Positions 49,852 through 62,283 of a DNA stretch of 64,000 bases are shown one piece after another. Where the stretch lies: NCBI GenBank assembly GCA_021613535.1, contig CP075494.1:868001-932000 (forward strand), read 5' to 3'. The position numbers and the translations under genes were made by a program. Below the pieces are notes generated by a model. It saw only the letters and a program-made list of their open reading frames with translations, did not search any database and was not told where the DNA came from. Numbering within the stretch: the first letter of the stretch is position 1; every line of letters begins with the position of its first letter. Source of the DNA: Adineta vaga. Its lineage: Eukaryota; Animalia; Rotifera.

Positions 49852-51072
49852 TTTAGAATGAATGCCAAAGTATGTTATTTGAAGTTTCGTTTCAGTGAAA
49901 ATCGGCTTAAAGAGAGATATTCAATATTTATTCGGTGTTATAGTAATTATACGGGTTTATTGAACAAAAAACTAAATTCTAGGTTTGATATAGTTGTTGA
50001 ATACTGAGGTGTGTATTTTCCCATAGTTGAAGTTGGATGATTTGTTCTTGATTGACTGTTTCGTTCTCTTCCTCGAGTATGGTGTTTGTTGTTTGAATGT
50101 TGACATCTTGTTCAGTTTGATCGTAGAAGAAAAGGTGCTGTTCGAAGTTGGAAAGAGCCTCAAGCTGATTGATTTACTGTTGTTCCCGACGTTGTTTGGG
50201 AGTCAGTTTCTCCCAGTCATATGCATTCACAGTGTCGTCAGATAGCGAGTCGTCAAGGTAATGTGGACAGTCGTAGAATTCTTCGTATTCTTCGGATCGT
50301 GAGTTGTGATAAAATGTTGTAGTTGGCTGGTATGTCCATTGTGAAGTCAGTGTAACAGGTTGTTGTTGTCGTCGTCGTCGTCGTGTTTGATGTCTTCTTT
50401 GGGGTGGTGGAACATGGTGTGTTTGGATCTATTGTTGTTGAAGATGTTCGTTTAACTGGCGTTGTCGTCTTGTTTGTCTTTGTCGCCTTCCCAGTCTTTG
50501 TGGTTGTGTAACGGATATTTGATTTCCTAGTTGACGGTTAGAAATCATAGACGGTCGAGGCGGAATCATATTCGTCGTGTTAAACTGGATTATTGATTTA
50601 GCTTCCGTTGTGATCGGTTGATCTGCCAGGATTTCGTGAATGCTAACTAGATTTTTTTCGTCGTCGTCGAGATTTTCTGCTGGAACTGCGGCAATTTGAG
50701 TGCTGTTGTTGTTGTTGTTTTCGTTGTTTGCTCTACAAGGTAATATTCAAACAGAAAAATATGTAGTACAAAAGTTTTGTATGACTTGTGTGTAGTTGTC
50801 TGTTTTGAAAGCATATTTACGTCGCATTGTTGGACATACTACATGTATCAGAAAAGAATCACTGTAAGGTCAATTGGAATGAAATATGTAGTATCTAGAA
50901 CGATAAGGATATATATTGTTTATGGAAACCAAGAGATGGGAAAAGACATTCGTTTTGTAATAGTTATTGAAGAATATATATTCAAGAAAGAAATAGTAAA
51001 CATAAACGCGTATGAACTGATATATGTCTTTTTTTTTCTTGTGTAAGTTTGAAGAGTTGTTGTTGATGATCA

Positions 51073-52132
51073 TCACTCCATTTTGGTTAAGATTTCCCGA
51101 TGAGGTTTCTTTTGAATGAAGAAACTTTCGAGAGTACAATAAATTGTCGCAATCAGTCGCACTTTGACATCATAAACAGATGAACCAAGAAAAGCATAAT
51201 AATCTTTCCACCAATGTATGAATTCATGTCGTAGATCTGTTGACAATCTGCTATCGAACAAATATCGTGGATACATCACTTTACAATTCCATTTTTTTGG
51301 TTGCAATATAGTAGGCGCTTCTGTTGGATGTTCGAGCATTTGATTCAGTTGTTCTTCACGTCGTGTGGGTTGATGCAATAGTTTTTGATGTATACGATAA
51401 TAAAGTTGTTCATTTATACCTGTTGATGTTAGCATAACATTCTTCGAATGAAGTAAACGGTGAAATTGTTTCGTGATCAAGTTCGGTGGATAACCATTGA
51501 GTAACAATGAGATATCGATCCGGCAGAGTTCGGAATTGAAATCATGCATACTCGAACAAACACGAAGAGCATGCAATAGTGCACCATATGGTATATTTCG
51601 ATGTATATGACGTGGATGATCAGATGTATAAGACAAAACATAAGGTTCAGCAGCTGGTTTATGATAAATAGCTGTTGTTAACTTTCCATGTTCATTCTTG
51701 ATAGTAACATCAAGAAAATCGACAGATGTATCAATATGATAATTGATTTTGATGTTCATATCTCTCTTTGCTGCACGTTCAAGTTCTTGTCGAATATCAT
51801 CGTGTGTTTGATTTGTAGTCATAAAAATATCATCGATATATCTGTTAGAAAAAAAAGAACGACAAGTTTTCAAAAGATACTCATTTCGTTATTAAATTTA
51901 TTTTCTACCTGCCATAGATTTCATTACGTTCCGTTTGGTATTGGATTAGTTATTGTTCCCATTCATAAGTTACATATAAATATTGGGTAGGACTTGTGTA
52001 AATGCTGAACCCATTGCACCACCACGAATTTGTCGATAATATTTATTATTGTAAACAAAAGTATTTGTATCCAGGATTAAACGAGCCATTTTCATAATAT
52101 GATCAACAGTGAATGTACCAATTTTACCTTGT
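51073..52132 (-). pseudogene. Athena RT, palm/thumb half
   Basis: YYRQIRGGAMGSAFT, an intron, then YIDDIFMT and KPAAEPYVLSYTSDHPRH. Stop/frameshift near 51970. No endonuclease domain. Confidence 0.92.
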
Positions 52133-52136
52133 TAAA

Positions 52137-54634
52137 CCCTTTCGCGCCTGGTGTCCCATATATGGGACGGCTAGGTTTTTTCAGTATACACCCGTATTAA
52201 TATGGTTTTAGGTATAATCTTACACCAGTATTTGAGGAGTTCTATCTATTAAAAGAATAGAATGACCGATGGTGGTGATGATTTCACAGTAAATATGTGT
52301 TTCTAAATGCGAATCATCTCATATTTTGTTTCGTCTGTCGAAAAAATTGAAAGCATTAGCTTCTTAAATCTATAGGACTTGAAGTTGTACGTTTCGTCCG
52401 CAGTTCAACCCTCCATTAGTATTGAAGTAAATCGTTCCCACACACGTATTTGATTCATATTTTCTTTCGTTCTGTTTACACGCACAAAATTGCATAGCTC
52501 GTTTTCTCCCACTAGTATGTTTGAACGACGTCACTTTTCTCTCTCGCTCTATTCTTTGCAATGATGATACGTGATTTACCTCTACTGCTTTCTAGAAAGC
52601 TCTTTGTTCTTCCATACTTTTGAATATATATATAGATGCGTATATACATCTATTGACTGACACAATAATCCAGTACATATTTCATATAAAGCCATATTTT
52701 CAAGAAAACAATTGGTGAGCACAGTATATTGCACCATATATATCTGCTTATCACTTCGTATCTGAAACTCGCATACTTTCCCATACGATGGCTTTTCATC
52801 GACGCTTACATGAGCATGCAGATTCAGAAAGCAAAAACGACTTGGAAACGGATCTCGATCTTGATGAGATCGACGACTCTGAATCGATGGATATGGACGA
52901 GCCTTCGCATGAAAACTCGTCTCTAACTAATCGTTTTACTACAAGACATGGTGCATCTTCTGCAATCAGAGAGTCGATTCAGGGCGACTTTTCACCATCC
53001 CTGTATTCCTTCGACTCTTCGAAATCGGGAATAAATCGGCGTTTACCTTATAACCAACTTCAAAATCCTGCAGATTTTTTTCGAATTTTCTTTGATCAAA
53101 ACCTAATAGAGACAATCGTAAGACAAACAAACATGTATCAATCGCAAAATTCTCAAGCGTCATCTTCTCACATGGCTTCCTGGGTTGATGTTAGCGTTAG
53201 CGAGCTGTATGTTTTTCTGGCAATGACAATACTTATGTCTCAAGTAAAGAAGCACAGGATAAGAGAATATTGGTCCACTGATCCGCTCATAGAGACGCCG
53301 ATTTTCGGCACTATATATGCCAGGGACAGATACGATTCATTGTTACGATATCTTCACTTTGTCGACAACGAAAAAGTTTCTTCTAGCGATCGTTTGTCAA
53401 AGTTTGGATTAGTCCTGGATGATCTGAAGAAGAAATTTAGTAATGTCATGTATCCGTATCAAAATCTAGTGATTGATGAAAGCTTGATGCTTTGGAAAGG
53501 TCGGCTTGGCTTCAAGCAATATATTCCATCTAAACGGAGCCGTTTTGGTATCAAACTTTACATGCTGTGTGACTGCCATACAGGTTTCATCCTAGATTTT
53601 CTAGTCTATACTGGATTATCAACTTCTGTAGTGCGTGATAATACTCTAGGTGTTTCTGGTGCCATCGTGATGAAAATGATCGAAAAATACCTTTATAGAG
53701 GTCATAATTTATTCGTTGATAACTGGTATTCGAGTCCTGCATTATTCGAAATATTACACCAGAAGAAAACAGGGGCTTGTGGTAACGTGAAAGTGAATCG
53801 CCGTGGCTTACCAAATTTTCAAGCCTTCGACCTCAATGAGAATGAACAGGTTTGTTTCCATACTGACATACTTCTGGCTCTCAAATGGAAAGACAAAAGG
53901 GACGTGCATATGATTTCAACTATTCACGGGACAGAAATAACAGCTACCAAAAAAACACATTACCGAACAGGTCGTCGAATTTCGAAACCCGTTTCGGTTC
54001 AAGATTACAATGAAAACAGGGGACTTGTCGATAAATCTGACATGCAAATATCATTTTCCGAGTATCTCCGCAAGTCGCTGAAGTGGTACAAAAAGCTTTT
54101 TTTCCATTTCCTTGATATCTCGCTCTACAACGCCTGCGTACTATACAAACTGAACACTGGAGAAAAAAATGGGCCTTTCCGATTTTCGACTGAACGTTGT
54201 TCGGGCACTTATCGAAGAATTCGGCGCTCAAAAGCTGGACAGTCGCGGCAGACCATCAATTGAGACTCCTGTCCGCATAACAGCGCGACATTTTCCATCA
54301 AAAGTGGAAAGCTCGAATGACGGGCGAAGGTGTTGCTTTGTCTGCAGTCACACAAGTCGTGGTCCAAAGCAGGAAACAAAAACCAGCTACGAATGCAGGG
54401 AGTGCAACGTTGGCTTATGTGTAGTACCGTGTTTCGAAGCCTATCACACGTTGAAACATTTTTAATAAAAATTATGTTGTAAAGGGTGGATGTCATTGAG
54501 TCACGAACTTTTTAAAGATTGAGAAAGATGTTTTTCCTTCTAGATGGACGAGCCTTTCACAAACTGTAAGAAAAACTATTTTTTCGTTAGAAACGCACAC
54601 ATTTCTCACGGAAAAAAAACCCGGCGCGAAAGGG
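52137..54634 (+). mobile_element. piggyBac transposon abutting the Athena RT
   Basis: TIR CCCTTTCGCGCCkGG. Right flank TTAA, left flank TTAAA. Confidence 0.92.
52788..54465 (+). pseudogene. piggyBac transposase with a +1 frameshift in an A7 run near 54165
   Basis: DDD triad IDESL / VDNWY / VDKSD in ORF 52788. The Cys-rich C-terminus lies in ORF 54169-54465. Confidence 0.9.
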
Positions 54635-54703
54635 TTAAATAATATACTGAAGTAGCACTGAATATCATCATGAGTATAAATGGCATAATACTATAAATAA
54701 ATA

Positions 54704-55119
54704 TATGGGTGAATCCATAAGAAGCCATCCAGTTTTTGGAAAATTTAATTTTCGAATAAAATCATTGAAGAAATCTTTTTTTCACGATTTTTTTAGCGCT
54801 TCAGGCTGATCCTCGATGAAAAATAGCTAAGGAGTCATTTTCAGCTTTCTTATAAGCGGAAAGCACCAACATATAGAATATTCTTTCGGAACATACGTCT
54901 TTTTCGGTCAATTACTGTGAAAAAAAATTGATAAAATGACATGAAAACTAGTCAAATGTTCCGAGAAAATGCCCGAAAACTCGGAATTTTTGGGTAAGAG
55001 TACTTCATTTTTTTTAACCGAAAGTGTTTTCTAGTCGAGATCAGTCTTGTGAACAAAAAAAAATCGAAAAAAAAAGACCTTTCCAAAAAAGTGGATGGGT
55101 CCTCATGGATTCACCCATA
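54704..55119. mobile_element. MITE, probably Tc1/mariner-type
   Basis: TIR TATGGGTGAATCCAT.. / ..ATGGATTCACCCATA, extending imperfectly for about 40 bp or more. TA context at the left end. Confidence 0.75.
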
Positions 55120-57264
55120 TGTATTATACTATATAATTTCAATTCTAGAAAAATTTACTTGTACTTTCTCATTTTTATATAAGTAAATACAAAATTGAAT
55201 TTATTTAGCCATTTGTTTTGATTCCCCGAAAAATCAATAAGTTTTATTTCATACATGCTTGGATGGCATACAGATTACTCTATTGATTGATAGAATTCCA
55301 CTATAGAAGATATAAATTATAGTTTGATCAACATCTTCAATGAAATTTAAATTTATAAAAATATTTATTCACTGGTTTTAGAAGTTTATCAGTCATTTGA
55401 CTAAAATCTGAAACAAATCAATTGTGAACTATACAATTCGATAGAACAGAATATATTCTATCTAATCAAATGAACAGAAAAATCAAAGATATATATGACA
55501 CAACGATCCAAAAGAGTTACACAGAGATTATTATAAAAGTTCTTAGAAGAAAGTGATATTAATGTGCGAGCTATAACAAAGAGAATAATAGTACTTATAA
55601 CTGTTATTGATACAGCGCGATGACGAATTTTCTATTGTAATTGTATGTCGTAATTTACTTAATCAGTTTATCGTGTAAAGTATGAAAAGAAATATATGTA
55701 TAAGTTACACATTTATAAAAATGTACATTGAAAATAGAATTAGTTGAGCAATATCTACATTAGATAATAGTGATAATAATTCTATTAGAATCGTCAATTA
55801 ATTTAGTAGTTTCTCTTGGAAAAATTTTCAATAAATAGTGTCATATTATGTCTGTTAATTAGTTAATTGATGCTATTCACTAAAGTTTATACTACATAAG
55901 ATATCTAATTTTTGTTTCAGTTTTAAAACGAATTGCATTTTATCATAAAAATTTCAATAGTAAAATAAAAAAATACAAAACACAGTTCTTCATTCACGAT
56001 TTGCTTAGACACATGTTAATTTATTCTATAAATAATAACTAATACAATATGAAAAGAATAAATAATTTCAATCTTTTCTCATTTCATTTCATATGAAATA
56101 TTCTTCATAGAAAAAGAATGCCTTTTGTTTATACTTCTTGGATTATTAATTATTTCACCTATTACGAGATAGAAATGATATCACGACTTTCTTTTTGTTT
56201 TACTTGTTTGTTATGAAAATATGTAGTGTCGATAAGAAGATATATGATAGAATGCGTTTTTATGATTCATTCCAAGTCAATTTCAAAATATCGAAATTCT
56301 ATATGAAAGAAAGATCTGTTGTTTTCAAAAATATTCGACGTCAAAATAATAAAATAATTGCGATCATAATTAGCTTTTCTTAGGAGATTCGCGAAAAGAA
56401 AAATCAGTCATAGTATTTTTTGTCTTTTCTAACACCGTTTCAGTGGTCGAGAAACATAGTTTAGTTTCAACCTGAAAATAAGACATTTCACAAATTATTT
56501 TATGTCTATGTTTCATTGAAATTGTAGCGAAAAGGCATATATTCATATTTTTTATACTTTTGAGAGTATGAATATGTTTGAGAAGATTATATATCTTAAT
56601 CTTCATCTTTCTAAACAGTTTTGGAAAGCTTTAAGGTGTTTGTAAATAAATGATTTGAATTGCGTCCTATATGTGTGTTTAAACACATTCGTTATTCTTG
56701 TCGATTAGAAGGGTTTCACTATATAAAAATGATGATTTTTTTCATCTTTGTAATAGATGAGTAATATTGAGAAAGATGTAAATTAACGGAAATAAATAAA
56801 GAACAAATGTATTATACAGTAATCAGTGGATTTCAAATGGTTAATGTTGTTTTTCAATCACACATAATACTCTCGATTTTTCTCCACATATCATCAGTTT
56901 TATTGATAGAAATGGATGTACTTTACGATCTTTTTCTAGCTATCCTTGAAACAATGGAGTACAAACTTCTTTTCAAATAAACTTTTTGACTGGCTATTTC
57001 GTAATAATAATGTGTACAAGTGTTGTTATTACTTCAGCCTTGAAATTTACTTGTACTTTTAAAACAAACAAGCACGCTTTTCTTTTCTTTTCTTTTTTTT
57101 ACTTGAATTCCAGCAACGAAATACAACGAACTCTTTGACGTGAGATTTTGCATCGAAAGAATAAAGGTACTTTTTATTGACGTCAGCATCAGTAGTTAGT
57201 GTTGACCATAAAAAGACATCGATAAACGACAATTGTCATTCCTCAGTTGAAAAAAAAAGTCCAA

Positions 57265-57707
57265 ATGAATACATTAACAATTCTTTCTTTATTCAGTAAG
57301 TTTTAATAGTTCTTTGATAATTATTATAAACTTCTTATTTTTAGTTTTATTACCTATTTGCGCTAGTATCAGTTGTTATGTTTGCACTTCTGGTAGTTCA
57401 GGATGCGATCCAATCGATACAGCAGCTTTAGCTGCCACTGTGTCTTCCGGAAATAATGTTTGCGTAGTAAGTAGATATATTCTATTTGGATACTGTTTCT
57501 CTATAATCTACGTAGAAATACTGGAGTGGAGCTCAAATAGGCACTTATCGTCGTGGTGACAGCTCGTGTCCAGGAACTAATGTGGCAGGTATTGGTGTAT
57601 TCTGTTGTTATACAGATTTATGCAATGGAGCAATTACCAAGTACCAAACACCATTTCTCTTGGGCGCCATTTTTGCTGCTCTTTTTGCTAAATATCAATT
57701 TCTTTAA
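57265..57707 (+). CDS. Ly6/uPAR three-finger, GPI-anchored protein, 3 exons
   Basis: Signal peptide, ISCYVC..., CCYTDLCN and a hydrophobic GPI signal. Two GT-AG introns. Confidence 0.88.
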
Positions 57708-59191
57708 AGAGAATTTTCTCATAACTGTGATTTGATTTCTTTTATATTAATAATTCTGTCTATATCTAAAGTCTTTTTTTTTTCATTTTAAAACATGTTT
57801 ATGTTATTGAACATTTTATCCGTATTCAAGCAAAATAAACTGTAAGGGTTTTACAATATTGAACTCACCGTTTATCAAACGTAGTCGTTACACAGTTTCA
57901 ATGCACTCAAACAGATAGAGTAAACATTTCGAATAAAAAAGTTTCTTTCTCTACGTGTAAACAAAAATATTTCATCTCATACTTCTCTTGTTCAAGAACA
58001 AAAAGCTTTGCAAATTACTTCTTATTCGTTCTGTTTTTCTATTTTAATTCTCTTTGATTTTGAGAAAGAAATAATCCATCTTAGTGTTTGCATTTTCTAA
58101 TACGTGCAGATCTATTGTATATGAAAGAACGAAATTGATGATCAGAACATTAAAACATGCTTCTAATCTAATCTAGATGTACTGGGAATCAATTAAGATT
58201 AGACAGAATATTTTTGAATAGAACTGTTTTATGACGTGCAATTCTTTCTTTCAGCTACATAACATTTGAACATAATACACGGCTGCCAAAAATATTTTTC
58301 CAGAGGAATGTATCCTTGATGATTAGTGATATGAATACTGAAGTTTATACCAAATGACAGTCCATTAAAAATTACACTTACGTATATATCTTGATTCTCT
58401 ATAAGAGAAGAACTAATTGTAAAACTGTAGAACTTTAGAGAAGGACGGAGGTCGTTAAGACGTCAAATTTGCCCATTCCTAATTTTTTGAAATTGCGTAT
58501 ATAAATTAGTTCAGAATTGAGAACTGAGTCTTTTGGTAGCAATTTCAAGTTACTTTAAGTGTATTTGGAGTCACCTACTCCATCAGGTATTATAGGATTT
58601 TATCATATATTATTATATATCATACTGAAGCGGTATTTTGTTAATATCTCAACATCAGAATGTCGTATAGATCTGCGGTTTGTTTCACTGGAAAGAACAT
58701 GAAATTCTGCGTCGATCTCTATAAGAACAACTCTATAAAAGTATTCTTTTAGTTTTTTTTTTAATACGAATATTTTCAATGGTATTACAAAATACGACTC
58801 TTCATATAGTTTTCAAACACCGTAAAGACCTATTAGAAGATTGTTGCAGTTGATCTGTCTATACCAATCGATAGCTTTCAACTAGGGCTATCAACTGATA
58901 TAGTCGCCATCATTTAGATTTTCTGGCCAATTTTTTTCCAAGGACACACACTATTATGTTTTGACTCGTTTTTTTACATTTTTCATCAAAAAAGTAAAAT
59001 CATGTGCGCGACATTTAACTAAAGCTGTTTTTATTATTCATTTCTGATGGAGAAAAATAAACAGGACATTTCAATGCCTCAAACGTTGCATTAGAATAAT
59101 CGACTGACCTTGAGATTGACGAATAAAATAATTTTGTAATAAATGAAATTAATGAATCGTCGAGAAGATAAAAAAAAGACTTTTATGTAGT

Positions 59192-59241
59192 TGAGAGTGG
59201 GTGTGAATAATGAACAAACAAACAAACTCACACTCAAGATG
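59192..59241. repeat. Convergent pair of interstitial telomeric tracts
   Basis: TGAGAG-TGGG-TGTGA (59192-59206) faces CTCACACTCA-AGATG (59227-59241). Confidence 0.6.
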
Positions 59242-59466
59242 CTCCTTGATATATCGTTATCAAATAAAATATCATTGAAAAATTCCCTTTTTCCAACTTT
59301 ACCTTTTAGGAAGATAACAAAATATCACGAAAAACATGCTCTGTTATAATAATAAACTAAAATATCTTTCTTTTTCATTTCTCGAAAAATCTTGGTTAAA
59401 GGACAATTCAACCACTAATTTTAAAAATATCAATAAAAACAAATTAAACCGACATATGTGTTGGTC

Positions 59467-59760
59467 ATGGGTTCAGTTCTAACGACTTTAACTGAAGAAC
59501 ATCAAAATCTTGAAACATATTTTTTAATTTGGCTTGATTCATCAATTCATAAATCACAAAAAAAACTTCGATCAATAAATAATAATTTCTTAACATTTGA
59601 CAATGATCAACGATGTTTCGAATATATTCAATCTTTAACAAAAGATGATCGAATTATTTTTATTGTTAGTGGTACAGTGGGACAAATTATTTCTATTTAT
59701 GTTTATTGTATAAATAAACAAATTCATCAACGATGGGCAAATGGATTTTCTAAAGTAAAT
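59467..59760 (+). pseudogene. N-terminal fragment of the bdelloid TPR/ADP-ribosyltransferase-type family
   Basis: NLETYFLIWLDS...RIIFIVSG...ISIYVYC.NK..H.RWA..FSKV. Appears internally deleted, with no downstream exons evident. Confidence 0.55.
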
Positions 59761-60670
59761 AGACATATATATACTCGTTCGCGCAAATTCGATTGATTAA
59801 TAACACGTGCACAGCACATAAGTTATAGGTGAAAAATTATAAAAAAGAACAGATATAACGGTAGATACTAAAAATGTATTAAAAAATAAGACTATGTAGG
59901 TAGTAATGTGTGATACATTCATTACATACGTATATAAGAAAATTCGAGCATGGATAAACAAAATACACTTTATGCATTTGGGTAGCTGTCTTGAGCAAAA
60001 AATTCACACACGAAATTCAATGCAATGCACGTTTTAGTGGATCAAAAATTGAGCGAGATCTCGCCATCTGTTTGTTGTATTTTATGTTTATATTGTGAAA
60101 AATATCGCATGAAACAACACTTTATCCCATGTCTTTTTTATTATATTATATTAAATTTAATGAGATGAAATGATTATTTTAATCTTCATTATTAAGTCTT
60201 TAGAATTCAAAGTGTGTTTGTTTACTGGATCACAATAAATTATATCCAGACAAGTTTTCTTAACGTTATGAATGTATTTCATCAAGCCATGTAAGAGAAA
60301 TAAGCTGATATAGGTTGAACAGAGTGAAGATAAAAAGGCTTCGTTTTTTATCTTCTAGACACTAGCTAAGCTAAATGAATCATAAAGAAACTCAGAAAAA
60401 ATGAATCACTAGACAACGTCTAAGAAGCGTTAAAGATTAAAAAATTTAATAGAAGATGAGAGATGAGGAATTATTTCGAATCAATAACTAGCCTCTTGAG
60501 CAGTTAGAAGTAAAAATAACACTAATGTTTTAACAATACTGGACATTAGTGTTATTGATAGTGTGGATGTAAGACCAATGCAACATACACTCATTTACTA
60601 TCCTACAGGAGGACGTATGGTTGTGACTGTGAATGAAGTGTCGGTGAAGGTAAAGAAAAGATGAATCTAC

Positions 60671-60690
60671 ACTCTTACCCACACCCTCAC
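60671..60690 (-). repeat. Interstitial telomeric tract
   Basis: ACTCTTACCCACACCCTCAC. Confidence 0.55.
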
Positions 60691-61156
60691 GGTATGAGAA
60701 ATACGTAACCAGTTTTACTCCTCGTATTAATTTTAAGAAAAACGATGGAACAAACGTTCCGTTCACCATCGATAATTTTAATCAAGTTAAATTCTTCATG
60801 TAACTCAAAAGTGCATTAGGATCAGAGAAAAAGTTTCTCATTTGATCTGGATTCTATCCAGTTAATGGTGTATGAAACCGAGAATGACCATAAAAAATAA
60901 ACGCAGTTGCATTTTTTAAATATTTCTTCTTTATTCAACGATTAAGACAACTTCATTTTAGTTAACTGCCTATGATAAAATATCAAAGTGCTCGTTTCTT
61001 ATCGGTCAAAGTTTGTTGATGTTTGTTTTTTTTGTCCTCCCGATATCATTTTTCTCTTACTTGATACTATTTAAGCACGAAACAAAACAATCTTTGTTCT
61101 CATTCGTAAATTTTCGAAAACAAGAACATCTTCTAGCACTTCTTTTGTTTATTAAT

Positions 61157-62283
61157 ATGTCCTTGAAGAATTCAATTTTAATACCACCACTTCTTGTGGA
61201 TTCTGATTATGAATTTTACGTTGATGAACCAGTCTTCAATCCTGAAATTCATCTAAAACTAACTGAACCTGATTTTGTTGTGTTACTTGATGGTTTTCAA
61301 CACGTATCAAAAGCGCCACAATTGAGCAGACCTTTGTCAGAAAACAGAGAAAGCCAATTGGCCTATACTGGACCTTTTCAAGTGTTAAGTGATGAAGGAT
61401 ATGATGTGTTACAATCGATTTTGAAACGTGAAATGGCCTATCAGATATCTGATGCACGTCATCCAGCAAAAATTCGATTTGGTGGTTATCGGAGTAAGTG
61501 GTTGCAAGATTTTAATCGGTCCCCTCAGGTCTTAGAACATTTATCGCGCATAACAGGTGATGTTCAACTAATTCCAACGACTCTTCAATCAAGTTATAGT
61601 CACACAAATATTGGTTATGCAAATACAGATCGAGTTGATTACTTTCATCGTGATAGTGTTCCATATGTTTTAATTTTATTAGCAAGTGATATGAGCGAAA
61701 CAGTAGGTGGAGAATTACAACTTATTGAACGTCAACCCGAAGAAGCTTTCCATCTTCTTGAACAATATCAAGGAAAACTACCGAAGGAGTATGTTCGAAC
61801 AATTGATTATCTTGGTTCAAATTCTTGTGTATTTATGCAAGGTTAGCAAATCAAGATTCATTCATTAAAAGGTCTGTTTACTTTTCTTTAGGAAGTCGAA
61901 TTGTTCATGGCGTGACAGGCATTGAATCTTGTGCACAGCCACGAATAACGATTGTTAACTCATATATGTCCGCTGATCCCTTTGCTACTGAATGCACACG
62001 ATTCGATACATTTAGAAAAGAAAAAACAGGTCCATTGGAATTTGCTATGCATAAAATCTGGCGCTCAAGTGCCCAAATGTTTGATTTGGCATCTGGTAAA
62101 CATTCCTGGCCAACCCTGAATCAAGTGATTGAACGGTTAAATAAGTCTATTGAAGAACTTGAGCAATGTCGGGATCTTCTCATGGAGAAAACATCAGATA
62201 GAGTTGGTTTTTATGATGCAGAAAAAAAACAAATGGGTTATATTGATGCACCTCCAACATCATTGAAAAAAGGATCTAATTGA
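61157..62283 (+). CDS. Fe(II)/2-oxoglutarate dioxygenase-like protein, 2 exons
   Basis: HxD (FHRDSVP), GGEL, distal His (IVHGV) and RITIVNSY. Intron 61842-61890. Confidence 0.8.

Larger units (their letters stand above)
49759..52132 (-). mobile_element. 5'-truncated Athena element (RT 3' half, R/Q-rich ORF, HHR, telomeric tract)
   Basis: Telomeric tract 49759-49780, HHR 49808-49851, decayed R/Q-rich ORF at about 49975-50730 and RT at 51073-52132. Confidence 0.9.

Noticed and set aside
54160-54172. Programmed frameshift in the piggyBac transposase
   Set aside because: Not known to me for piggyBac. A homopolymer indel or sequencing error is simpler.
55150-57200. Short ORFs in AT-rich intergenic DNA
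   Set aside because: Low-complexity I/K/F/N-rich translations without motifs or splice support. The same applies to most ORFs under 100 aa that are antisense to real genes.
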